DNA of 64,000 nt. It comes from Opitutia bacterium. Lineage in GTDB: Bacteria > Verrucomicrobiota > Verrucomicrobiia > Opitutales > Opitutaceae. The stretch spans positions 1 through 64,000 of the forward strand of contig CANJVR010000003.1 of NCBI GenBank assembly GCA_947478395.1. Direction: 5' to 3'. Both the position numbers and the translations under genes were made by a program. This document shows, piece by piece, positions 1 through 8,558 of this stretch. How positions within the stretch are numbered: the stretch's first letter is position 1; the number at the start of each line of letters is the position of its first letter. Under the pieces are notes generated by a model. It was not told where the DNA came from. It ran no database searches and saw nothing but the letters and a program-made list of their open reading frames with translations.

Positions 1-54
1 GAGGTTGTTCGAAGCGGCCGTGGCCGCGTAGTTGGTATTGATCGAGACTGACAT
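1..54 (-). CDS. fliC: Flagellin, N-terminus only (gene runs off the window)
   Basis: Reverse complement from ATG at 54 reads MSVSINTNYAATAASNNL, the typical flagellin xINTNxxA start. AAGGA Shine-Dalgarno upstream; flagellar neighbourhood. Confidence 0.8.
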   Translation of the reverse strand, partial: MSVSINTNYAATAASNNL

Positions 55-60
55 GGTAGT

Positions 61-92
61 TCTTCCTTGATTCTAATACACTGTCCGTAGTG
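61..92 (-). promoter_or_regulatory. Putative CsrA-binding sites in the flagellin 5' leader
   Basis: Minus strand: CACT-ACGGAC-AGTG hairpin (79-92) and TC-AAGGAA-GA over the SD (61-70). ANGGA in loops is the CsrA consensus; csrA and fliW lie in the window. Confidence 0.65.
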
Positions 93-437
93 CGACGTGT
101 CCGAGGTAAGCTTCGGGACCGAACTATCAGCGATGTGAACCGCCGATGTTTCTAAATACGCTCCACCGCAGAATATCTTTAGAGTTATTTTGCGATTTCA
201 GGTGCGAAATCCTCCCGCCCCTCGAGGGCAGAGTAGAATTCCATAAAGCCAGCCCACCCTCTCTTATAGTGCCCGTAGTATTATTTTCACTTTCCCCTTA
301 ATATCATTCCAGCCCGGCCGTAACGGCCTAGGCGGGCATTATTCCCAATAGCCCAACATAGACTAGAAAACCATGAATGCCCGGTAGCTAAAAACCGGCG
401 GAGCACTCCTGCGACAATCTGTTCTAGTTGATCCGAT

Positions 438-1181
438 TTAATCCAAACTCGTCCGGGTCTTCAGCGCAGGAGACGCTTTGCAGGACTTGATCTCGAGTTC
501 AGCAATCAGCCGCAGTTTACGGCGCAAATCAGGAAGCCTCTGCTGACTAGCATTATCTGGGGCAAGATAGCCCGGTAATGCTTGATTGAAAAATGGCTCA
601 TCGAGAAGTTGTTGCACCGAATTTATAACATGGCCTCGGAGCGCGGTGTTCGCCTGATCCACCTCTGCCACCATGGATTCACGGCCGTCTATCACCGTAA
701 TAAAGTCCTCGAGATCGTGACTCCCATAAAAATCGCCGAAGCCGCGGTCGGAAAATGCCACGTATTTAGTAGCGAGAAACGCGACCGGAGAAATCAGACG
801 CAAAGAGGTGTGCGCAAATTCGCGCACAAAAACAGTCGCCAAAGCTTCTTTAAACCAAGCCGTGTTGATGCCATGGAGCGCGCCATCGCTCGGCATGATA
901 TCGACCGAAAGCCCTGCGAGAACCCAGCGACATCGAGGCGCTCCCGGGCGCATGTCATGACTGAATTGCTGCTCGCGCAACCTCGCTTCAATTTCGGAAA
1001 AACGCGTTCCCGCAGCTACTTCGATAATCACATCAACATCGTCTGTGGGTCGCACGGGCGAAAGGTCTGGCTCGTCCAAAAGCAAAGCGACGATTGAGCC
1101 GCCGAGAAACGCGTACTCAATCCCCATGCGATCCAAACGATCCGCCACGGCTCGCAATGCACCTAAATTAGGCAGCGACAT
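438..1181 (-). CDS. Nucleotidyltransferase-fold protein, AbiEii-like putative toxin
   Basis: FLGGS and RPTDDVD pol-beta-like NTase motifs; C-terminal K..(DR)..SHDLED motif. Confidence 0.7.
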   Translation of the reverse strand: MSLPNLGALRAVADRLDRMGIEYAFLGGSIVALLLDEPDLSPVRPTDDVDVIIEVAAGTRFSEIEARLREQQFSHDMRPGAPRCRWVLAGLSVDIMPSDGALHGINTAWFKEALATVFVREFAHTSLRLISPVAFLATKYVAFSDRGFGDFYGSHDLEDFITVIDGRESMVAEVDQANTALRGHVINSVQQLLDEPFFNQALPGYLAPDNASQQRLPDLRRKLRLIAELEIKSCKASPALKTRTSLD

Positions 1182-1686
1182 GGGCGATCAATCGATCCGC
1201 GAGCTCCTTCTCCGCCAGATTCCGTTCCCGCGCCCGACCGATGCGCAAGGCGTCCACCCACGCTAGCAGTGCGTAAAGCTCGGCGTCGCGAGCCGCCGCC
1301 CCCGGCACACTGGAATAAAGCGGCTGCACCGCCAGGCCTTGGACCTTACCAAAGGGATCAGGCCACACGGGCGGCAAACCATCCACCGTACTCATTTTAG
1401 CCGCCATCGCAGGCGCAGCCCAAGCGGTAGGTATACCGCGGGTGACCTCCATAGCCCGAGCGGGAAAAGCGTAGGGTACTCCATGCACTAAAAAATTAAG
1501 AAAAACTTCTCCCCTCGCCCGCCTCGTCTCAGGATCGATCAGACGCGCTTCAACCAGCCGACGCACCCCGGCATGAACCTCCGAGGCACTCATACCCAAA
1601 GCTTCGCCCATCTCGGCATAGCTAGCGGGCGACTCGCCCAAACTCAGCTTCAAAGCGATCACCACATCTTGTGGTTTCATTATCAT
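1168..1686 (-). CDS. HTH protein, putative AbiEi-like antitoxin/autorepressor
   Basis: N-terminal HTH (SYAEMGEALGMSASEVHAGVRRL); overlaps the NTase gene by 14 bp. Confidence 0.65.
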   Translation of the reverse strand: MIMKPQDVVIALKLSLGESPASYAEMGEALGMSASEVHAGVRRLVEARLIDPETRRARGEVFLNFLVHGVPYAFPARAMEVTRGIPTAWAAPAMAAKMSTVDGLPPVWPDPFGKVQGLAVQPLYSSVPGAAARDAELYALLAWVDALRIGRARERNLAEKELADRLIAHVAA

Positions 1687-1695
1687 GGTAATACA

Positions 1696-1716
1696 TTATT
1701 CGCGAATAGCGAATAA
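1696..1716. promoter_or_regulatory. Inverted-repeat operator just upstream of the HTH gene
   Basis: Perfect 8-bp IR TTATTCGC-N5-GCGAATAA, 10-30 bp before the start codon, within a plausible minus-strand TTGCTT...TAATGT promoter. Confidence 0.6.
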
Positions 1717-1742
1717 GCAAGCTGATTCATTGATCAAAAAAG

Positions 1743-1945
1743 CTAGAAATAATCCATGAGGTTTTCCGCCCCGCAGATTTTACCCACAAAGCCCGGCTGC
1801 TCCGGCGTGCGACGCAACACCCCACCAGGGCCTCCGAAAGGTAAAGCGAGGCGCCCCCCTCCACTTTCAGGGCGTTGAGGGCTTCTTTGGCCAAAACAAT
1901 GCCCACGGAATTCCCGATTTTCCGGACTTTGGTCTCAAGCGCCAT
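1743..1945 (-). pseudogene. AbrB/MazE-type antitoxin, apparently frameshifted
   Basis: MALETKVRKIGNSVGIVLAKEALNALKVEGGASLYLSEA is an AbrB-like N-terminus. A frame change near 1830 restores a family-like GGVLRRTPEQPGF...LMDYF*. GTTATAAC palindrome at 1958-1965. Confidence 0.6.
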
Positions 1946-2188
1946 GCGATCACTGTTGTTATAACCCAAAAAACCTCAAAGCCCCCGAGGGACCGCGCGA
2001 CCTGAAATCCGATCCCACGGGATCACCCGGCGAACCTGAAATCACGTTCTTCTTTTGCGGTGCATTCACCTTACTGCCGCCCCTGATCCAACCCCGCAGC
2101 GCTTTCACCCAAAAAGAGGTTGCGCGCGCTCGAGGCAGAGCGAATCTTCACGCGATAAACGTATGCCACGGGTGATGTCGATTTCCGC

Positions 2189-3115
2189 TTGAGTATCCCA
2201 CCCCCAGTTTTGGCGGGTGCGACCAAGCCCGTGATGAGCGAAGCCGAGCTGAAGCAACGCATTGAAGCCTGCCCTAAGTTGGCGTCGCTGCGTAGCATCC
2301 ACGGCGCCCTCGCCGATCTACTGCGCAACCACCACTCTCAGGCGGGCCAATTCGCCGAGGTCATCGCCCTCGACCCTTCCCTCACCGCCCGCCTCCTCCG
2401 GATGGTGAATAGCGTCTATTTCGGGCTCGGCACCAAAGTCGGCACCATCGAAGACGCTGTCCTATATCTCGGTCTCCGCCAGATTCGCTCCCTCGCCTTG
2501 GCCACTCCTGTCTTGGAGGACATGAGCTCCATGGGCACCGATGGCCCGAAGACTTCTTGGCGCGATTTCTGGCTGCACACCCTCGCCTGCGCCTTCGCGA
2601 CCCGCGACATCCTCACCCAATCAGAGGTGAGTATCGACGACGACACCGACTACATCACCGGCCTGCTGCAGAATGTGGGCAAGGTTGTCATGGCCAAAGT
2701 GTTTCCCGCCGAATTCGCGCAGCTCACGCCAGCGAGCTACGAAACCGAAGCCCAAGTCCTCGCCGCCGAGCGTGCCCTGCTCGGCTGGGACCACGCCGCC
2801 ATCGGCGCCTACTATCTCGAGAGTCACAAGATCCCCGCTGAAATCGTCGAAGCCGTCCGCTTCCACCACGATCCGCTCAACGCCCCCGAGCGCAAACACC
2901 TCGCCTCGGCGACGCACTTGGCCGACGGCTACGCCCGCCTCGCTGGCATTAAAGGCGGCGTCGAATCCCGCCCCGCCCCCACCGAAGCCGAACTCATGGC
3001 CGATCCCGCCGCCGCCCAACTCTGGGGCGACGATCCGGCTGCTCGCGCGATCCAGATGCGCCCTCTCACCGAAAGCATGCGTCGCCTTCCTGAATTAGTT
3101 AACGCGCTGCTCTGA
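2189..3115 (+). CDS. HDOD domain protein (start may be ATG 2234)
   Basis: DPSLTARLLRMVNS, FWLH, GLLQNVGK, DHAAIG, AVRFHH motifs. Confidence 0.85.
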   Translation: MSIPPPVLAGATKPVMSEAELKQRIEACPKLASLRSIHGALADLLRNHHSQAGQFAEVIALDPSLTARLLRMVNSVYFGLGTKVGTIEDAVLYLGLRQIRSLALATPVLEDMSSMGTDGPKTSWRDFWLHTLACAFATRDILTQSEVSIDDDTDYITGLLQNVGKVVMAKVFPAEFAQLTPASYETEAQVLAAERALLGWDHAAIGAYYLESHKIPAEIVEAVRFHHDPLNAPERKHLASATHLADGYARLAGIKGGVESRPAPTEAELMADPAAAQLWGDDPAARAIQMRPLTESMRRLPELVNALL

Positions 3116-3132
3116 TCCGCCCCGCACCGCCG

Positions 3133-4536
3133 ATGAAGCCGATCACCACCCTGCCTTCCTCGCCCGACCTCGCCCCCTGGCACGGGAGCAACGAACTCGC
3201 GCTGATCGTCAGCGACGCCGGCGAGGTCGTCGCGGCCAACCTCGCTTTTGCCCGCAAAGTCGGACTGACCCCGGAAGCATGCCTCGGCCGCGCTGCCGCC
3301 AGTTGGTGCCCGCCGGAAGAACAGAAAATCTTTACCGCGCGCCTCGCCGCCCTCAACGCCAAGCCCAAGGCCGGCGCCTTCGACCAACGCTGGCAATCCG
3401 TCCAAGGCTGGCGCTGGATCGATTGGGAAACGACGCGCGTGACCGGCGGCCTGCGCCTCATCGGCCGCGATGTTTCCCGCCACCGTCTCGCCGAGGGCCA
3501 CCTCGCCAAACTCTCTCAAGCCGTCGAGCAAGCTCCGGTCGGCATCTTACTCACTTCGCCCACCGGCCACGTGCAGTACATGAACGCCGCGTACAGCGAT
3601 TACTCGGGCTTCACCCTCGAGGACGCCCTCGAAGCCGACCTGCCCATCTTGAGCGAGGGCCACCCGAGCGACGCCTCGTACCGCCAGTTTTGTGCCACCG
3701 TCGCCGCCGGCTCCGTGTGGCAAGGCACGCTCCACTGTCCCACCAAAGACGGCCGGCTCATCTGGGAACGCGTCATGGTATCTCCCGCCATGGATGCCCA
3801 TGGGGTCGTAAGCCACTTGCTGTGTATTCGGGAAAACCTCACAGCCCAGCGGGAACTGGAGGAAAAACTCGCCCGCGCCGAGCGCCGCCTGGATGACGAA
3901 CTGACTTCCGCGCCGGGCGACGGCCTCACCGAAGAAGCCTTACTCACGCTGCTTGGCGCCGCCGCCTGGTCCAACCGGGCCGCGAGCCTCAGCAAAGGCG
4001 CCAAATCCGCCTTAGCCCGGCTGGCGCGCGTCACGAGCGACGTCGCCCAGCGCCTGCAAATCCGTGAACACCGGGGCGCGAACGACGCGGCCACCGTCTC
4101 GCTCACCTTGCTGATTGATGAGTGCGCGCGTTCGCTGCGCCCCACCCTGCCCGCCGGCCGGAGCATCGCCGTGAAAACGGCGGCCGCGCTTCCGCGCGTA
4201 AACGGTGAAACCTGGCCGTGGATCCACGCGCTGAGCCTGGCCACGAAACATTTTCTCTCAGGCGCAGAACCCAAAATTGCCATCACCGTCACGACGCGCT
4301 GCATCAAGGGCCGTAAGACCAGCGCCGGACGAGCGGATGTGCTGCGGTTGGAAATCCGGCGTCAGGCCGGCCGGGGACGCCGCCTCAAAGAGGGACCGGA
4401 AGAGACCCTGTTTCGTGATTCCGATCTGGCCTTCATCGCCGGCGTCGTAACGCAGGCCGGTGGCCGCGTCGTCTCCGGGTATGAAAACCCCTGGATCGAC
4501 GACCTGGTGATCGAACTGCCGGCCGAAAACGGGTGA
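3133..4536 (+). CDS. Tandem PAS sensor with degenerate histidine-kinase-like C-terminus
   Basis: Two PAS/PAC regions (LSQAVEQAPVGI...KDGRLIW...IRENLT); remnant HATPase-like tail with no H, N or G boxes. Confidence 0.7.
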   Translation: MKPITTLPSSPDLAPWHGSNELALIVSDAGEVVAANLAFARKVGLTPEACLGRAAASWCPPEEQKIFTARLAALNAKPKAGAFDQRWQSVQGWRWIDWETTRVTGGLRLIGRDVSRHRLAEGHLAKLSQAVEQAPVGILLTSPTGHVQYMNAAYSDYSGFTLEDALEADLPILSEGHPSDASYRQFCATVAAGSVWQGTLHCPTKDGRLIWERVMVSPAMDAHGVVSHLLCIRENLTAQRELEEKLARAERRLDDELTSAPGDGLTEEALLTLLGAAAWSNRAASLSKGAKSALARLARVTSDVAQRLQIREHRGANDAATVSLTLLIDECARSLRPTLPAGRSIAVKTAAALPRVNGETWPWIHALSLATKHFLSGAEPKIAITVTTRCIKGRKTSAGRADVLRLEIRRQAGRGRRLKEGPEETLFRDSDLAFIAGVVTQAGGRVVSGYENPWIDDLVIELPAENG

Positions 4537-4537
4537 G

Positions 4538-4576
4538 GCCCGGGCCTGCGGTGCTGATTTAGCACCGCAGCCGGGC
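4538..4576. terminator. Strong hairpin between convergent genes (possible bidirectional terminator)
   Basis: CTGCGGTGCT-GATTT-AGCACCGCAG 10-bp stem extended by GCCCGG/CCGGGC; no clear U-tract. Confidence 0.45.
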
Positions 4577-4591
4577 GACTGCTAACAAACC

Positions 4592-4864
4592 TTAGTTGCT
4601 GCCGGAAACGGCGCTGGGAGCGGCCGGTTTCGGAGCCATCACGGGCAGGGCCAATTTGGGTAGCGTAAACTTCGGGGCGGCCGACATGCCGGCGCCACGG
4701 TTGCTGCGGGCGAGATCGTTTAAGACCTCTTTGCGCACGATCGAAATTTCGCGAGGAGCGGCGATCCCGAGCTTCACCAGATCGCCCTCGATCCGGGAAA
4801 TGAAGACCTCGATGTTGCCACCGATCACAACGCATTCGTTAACCTTACGAGATAGAACTAACAT
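4592..4864 (-). CDS. csrA: Carbon storage regulator CsrA
   Basis: MLVLSRK...[18 protein letters not shown]44 and N55 present, plus a C-terminal extension. Confidence 0.95.
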   Translation of the reverse strand: MLVLSRKVNECVVIGGNIEVFISRIEGDLVKLGIAAPREISIVRKEVLNDLARSNRGAGMSAAPKFTLPKLALPVMAPKPAAPSAVSGSN

Positions 4865-4868
4865 GGTA

Positions 4869-5327
4869 TTAGGCCTCCCCTAGGATGTATGGGGTACGAT
4901 AGCCCATGTAGTTGGAAATCACGACCTGCTTCGCTTGCAGGGTGCGGCGGTTGATAATGATCGGGCCGGTGAGATTGACGCTCGCGCTGGCCGGGACGGT
5001 GTCGCGCAGGGTGACGATGTTGAGTACGAAGGCATCACCGGAGTCGGTGATCGCGAGTTCGTCGGCGTCCTGGTCAAACAGCTCGGGGCTGTAGTTGCTA
5101 ACCAAGCCATTGGGTTCGATCACCAGAAAATTGATCGGATCGGCGAGGCCCTCGAAACTAAGCCACATGAAGGGCTCCTGTCCGGGGAGTTTTTGCAGGG
5201 TAGCAACCGTGGCGTCCGGTAAACCCACGAGTCCACTAGCGAACTCGAGTTTGAGCGGCAGCTCCAGTTGACCGGTATCAACCGTGAAGCTCACGGCACT
5301 GTACGTTTGGTCGGTTTGCATTAGCAT
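4869..5327 (-). CDS. fliW: Flagellar assembly factor FliW
   Basis: [24 protein letters not shown]...AKQVVI; adjacent to csrA. Confidence 0.9.
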   Translation of the reverse strand: MLMQTDQTYSAVSFTVDTGQLELPLKLEFASGLVGLPDATVATLQKLPGQEPFMWLSFEGLADPINFLVIEPNGLVSNYSPELFDQDADELAITDSGDAFVLNIVTLRDTVPASASVNLTGPIIINRRTLQAKQVVISNYMGYRTPYILGEA

Positions 5328-5357
5328 AAAGAAGAGAGGTTAAATTTGGGCTGAGAA

Positions 5358-6257
5358 TTATTTCAGGTAATCAAGCAGCGAGAGTTTGAAGAGATTTGCC
5401 GTCGAGCTGAGCGCCGCTTGGTAAGCGGTCTGTGTCTCGGTGAGGCGAATCATCGAAGTCGCCATATCAGCATCCGTATCCTGCGAGATCAGGCGCTGCA
5501 GATCGTCGGCCCGGCCCGTCAGCTGGGCTTGGTTGGAATCGATGCGAGTTTGGACGGCGGCGACGGTGCCGATCGCATTGATAAACGTGTCCTCGTTGGT
5601 CGACATCGTGGCGTTCATCGATTTGACCGTGGTGCTATCCCCGGTGGCCATCGCGTCACGCAAGGTCACGATATTATTCAGGAAGGCGGCGATTTCCGGA
5701 TTGGTGGTCGCAGCGCCCGGCGAAGGCGCGATGGCGCGGCCGTCGCCCATCGAGACGGTCGCGTCTTGGTCATTGCCCGCGTAGGCGACGTTCGTGATGG
5801 CCCCGGCGGCGTCGCGGGTCGCGGTGTACGGCTGCGCATCGACGGCGGTACCGGCAAAAAGATAATCTGCGCCAAAGCGCGAGTTGGCGACATTCGTGGC
5901 CTGCTCCAGCAACTGCGAAACCTCCGCCCCGTAGGCGGCCATGCTTTGCGCGCCGGCGCCGGCCGAGAGCGAGGTCAACTCGCTGATGCGGCTGGCGATT
6001 TTCTGCATCTGGGTGAGCGCCGTGAGGGACGACTCCGAACGCGACTTAGCCATCGAGGCAGCCGACTGGTAGTTGCTCACGCGCTCCTGCTCCATCTGCC
6101 GGTTGATCACGCGGCTCGCCGCGGCGGGATCGTCGCTCGGTTTGAGCAAGCGGCGGCCCGTGGCGATGTTTTGATGCAAACGCGCCTGTTCATCGCTCAG
6201 CCGACGCAGATCGGCGATCGCGGTGTTGGTCACAAAATTAGTGGAGACGCGCAGCAT
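5358..6257 (-). CDS. flgL: Hook-filament junction protein FlgL
   Basis: IATGRRLLKPSDDPAAA N-terminus; YQAAL...LSLLDYLK C-terminus. Confidence 0.93.
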   Translation of the reverse strand: MLRVSTNFVTNTAIADLRRLSDEQARLHQNIATGRRLLKPSDDPAAASRVINRQMEQERVSNYQSAASMAKSRSESSLTALTQMQKIASRISELTSLSAGAGAQSMAAYGAEVSQLLEQATNVANSRFGADYLFAGTAVDAQPYTATRDAAGAITNVAYAGNDQDATVSMGDGRAIAPSPGAATTNPEIAAFLNNIVTLRDAMATGDSTTVKSMNATMSTNEDTFINAIGTVAAVQTRIDSNQAQLTGRADDLQRLISQDTDADMATSMIRLTETQTAYQAALSSTANLFKLSLLDYLK

Positions 6258-6271
6258 GGTGAATTTTTAAA

Positions 6272-7693
6272 TTAGTTTCGGCCCATGCTGTTCACGACGG
6301 TGTCGAGCATTTGATCGATGACGGAGACGACTCGCGCTGACGCTTGGTAAGCGCGCTGAAACTTCATGAGCTCGGCGGCTTCTTCATCGAGCGAAACTCC
6401 ACTGATACTTTCACGCTGGCCACTGATCGCGCCGAGCACACCGGACTGATTCTCATGGTGCATGCGGGTCTGCGACAGGCTGTAGCTAAAAAGCGAAATC
6501 GCCGCCGAGTAACTCTCACCCATGGTGCCGTCGATGGCATCACCGGTCGCAGAGGAAAAAGACTGCACGTCGAGTTCGGAGATCGCGAGCGCGGCCGATC
6601 CATCGCCGGCGGCGCCGCCAGCCGCGGAAGCTCGGACGGTCACGCCCGTTAAACCGCTCGCGAGCTCAATCGTACCTGCGTCCGTGCCGGCCGGATCAAA
6701 GAAATTCTGGCCCGTGCCGCCGGGGTTATACACCGCGTTGACCGAAGTGACCATCTGGCTGGCCATACAATCAAGATTGTCGCTGAGCGTCTGCAGCGCA
6801 CCGTCGCGCGCCTTGAGGTTACCCTGAATGGATCCTCCGGTGAAACCGAGAGCGGTATCGCTGGAGGCGACCCGTACGGCATCGCCGTCAAAAGACAGCG
6901 TCTCAAGCGTCGTAGCGGCGGAAAGCAAAACCGTGTCCACGCCGCTGGCGGAAGTGGCCGTGATCTGAATCTGGTTCGGCGCATCGGCCATCGTCGTGGC
7001 CTTGAAGTTCATGATCTGCGCCAGATCCTCGACCCGCGCTTGGCGCTGGTCGCGCAAGGTCAGCGCCTTGGTGCCCGTGTCGCTCTCCTGCGTGGCGATT
7101 AATTTATTTAATTCACTGATGCTGCCGAGCAACAGATTCGCCTTGTCGACGTCGTTGCTGACCTGAGCCGTGAGATCCGTCTGCACTTCGGCGAGACGGT
7201 CGTGGGAAAATTGAAAACGCTCCGCCATCGTCTTCGCCGTCTGGACGAACATTTGCTTCTGGGTGGAGTTGGTCGGATCGACCGCCAGTTGCCGCGCGGC
7301 GCCGAAAAATCCCGCCATGGCATTGGCCAAACTATTGCCACCCGAGTTCGAGGTGGAACCCGGATCTTTCACGCTGGAAATAGTTTCACCCATGGCCGCT
7401 TCACCGCGCTCATAGGCCGCGGTTTCAGCCGCGAGGGCCGCCTCCGCCGATTTTTCCCGCACCACTTGACGATCCAAGAGCACGTCGCGGACCTGCTGAA
7501 TTTCCATCACATCCACGCCGACGGAGGCGCCACCCGTGGGCGAAACATCCCCGAAGATCACGCGCTGCCGGGAGTACGTGGGATTGTTCACGTTGGCCAT
7601 GTTACGGCCCACCGTTTCAATCGCACGCGACTGCGCCCGCAGGGAAGAAATTCCCATGCGGAGCACATCGTATAATCCTTGTTCGCCGGCCAT
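6272..7693 (-). CDS. flgK: Hook-associated protein FlgK
   Basis: NMANVNNPTYSRQRV; SISGVSLDEEAAELMKFQRAYQASARV. Confidence 0.93.
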   Translation of the reverse strand: MAGEQGLYDVLRMGISSLRAQSRAIETVGRNMANVNNPTYSRQRVIFGDVSPTGGASVGVDVMEIQQVRDVLLDRQVVREKSAEAALAAETAAYERGEAAMGETISSVKDPGSTSNSGGNSLANAMAGFFGAARQLAVDPTNSTQKQMFVQTAKTMAERFQFSHDRLAEVQTDLTAQVSNDVDKANLLLGSISELNKLIATQESDTGTKALTLRDQRQARVEDLAQIMNFKATTMADAPNQIQITATSASGVDTVLLSAATTLETLSFDGDAVRVASSDTALGFTGGSIQGNLKARDGALQTLSDNLDCMASQMVTSVNAVYNPGGTGQNFFDPAGTDAGTIELASGLTGVTVRASAAGGAAGDGSAALAISELDVQSFSSATGDAIDGTMGESYSAAISLFSYSLSQTRMHHENQSGVLGAISGQRESISGVSLDEEAAELMKFQRAYQASARVVSVIDQMLDTVVNSMGRN

Positions 7694-7705
7694 AATAGGG
7701 TGGGG

Positions 7706-8200
7706 TTATCCTACCTGCTGCAGTGAAGGCGCCGAGACGGCCTCATCGGCCACGCGGCCGGAAGGAGCGTACGTGGCGCCCGCGGTACCCGGCGTGGTCC
7801 CGCCAACGAGTTCGCGGTGGAGCTCCAGCATTTTCTCCATGAACGCATGATTCTGACGGGCGCGACGGCGCACCCGGTGGATGAGGTGATTAATCTCATC
7901 GATAAAAGCCTCGAGCATCGGACGCTCGTCGTCCGGGAAAAACGGCAGCAACTGCCGCAGCGTGCTGCCACCGGGTTGGGCGTGAGCGCGGGCGAAGGTC
8001 ACGAGCCAGCCCTCACGGGATTCGCGGTATTGGCCCGCTTCCACGACTTGTTGGTCGATGATGGAGGCGGTGTGTAACACTTTTTCTACATCGCGCCGCC
8101 AGAGATGGCCTTGCTGCTCGTCGAAGAGGGCGAGCAAGCTGCCGTAGCCCGCCATTTCCTGGCGGAGCAAAGTTACAATTTCGGATGATTCCATGATCAT
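7706..8200 (-). CDS. flgN: FlgN-like export chaperone
   Basis: Helical 164 aa protein between flgJ and flgK; QN motif near the C-terminus. Confidence 0.7.
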   Translation of the reverse strand: MIMESSEIVTLLRQEMAGYGSLLALFDEQQGHLWRRDVEKVLHTASIIDQQVVEAGQYRESREGWLVTFARAHAQPGGSTLRQLLPFFPDDERPMLEAFIDEINHLIHRVRRRARQNHAFMEKMLELHRELVGGTTPGTAGATYAPSGRVADEAVSAPSLQQVG

Positions 8201-8202
8201 GA

Positions 8203-8556
8203 TTATTTGAGCTCGGGCTTTTGCGCCCGGCTAGTCAGAGGAGTAAAGTGATGTTCAAAACCGGCCGATAGGCCGCCCGCGCCGTTTTGGCTAAGGGAAG
8301 AAACGAGTGCGTCCTTGATGAGGTGAGAATACATGCCGCCGCCCGCTCCACCGCTGGAGGATCCTTGCAAGCCCTTCAGCATCGGCTCGATCACCGGGTC
8401 GATCATTTCACGCATGAGTAACGAACCAAACGTGGCGGACACTTTCGCGCGATCCGCCGCGGAGAGCGGCTCCGTCACTTTGCCCGCGGACTTGGCGTTT
8501 TGCGCCACGAGCGAACTCATATTCATGTCCGGGGTGTTAATAGAAGCGACGTTCAT
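8203..8556 (-). CDS. flgJ: Short FlgJ-like rod-binding protein (no muramidase domain)
   Basis: Position after flgI; AKVSATFGSLLMREM...GMY...LS..GAGGLS resembles the rod-binding domain. Confidence 0.6.
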   Translation of the reverse strand: MNVASINTPDMNMSSLVAQNAKSAGKVTEPLSAADRAKVSATFGSLLMREMIDPVIEPMLKGLQGSSSGGAGGGMYSHLIKDALVSSLSQNGAGGLSAGFEHHFTPLTSRAQKPELK

Positions 8557-8558
8557 GG

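Noticed and set aside
121..185. Sigma28 promoter for flagellin (GCTGATAG and TAAAG on the minus strand)
   Set aside because: The -35/-10 spacing does not fit TAAA-N15-GCCGATAA for either candidate.
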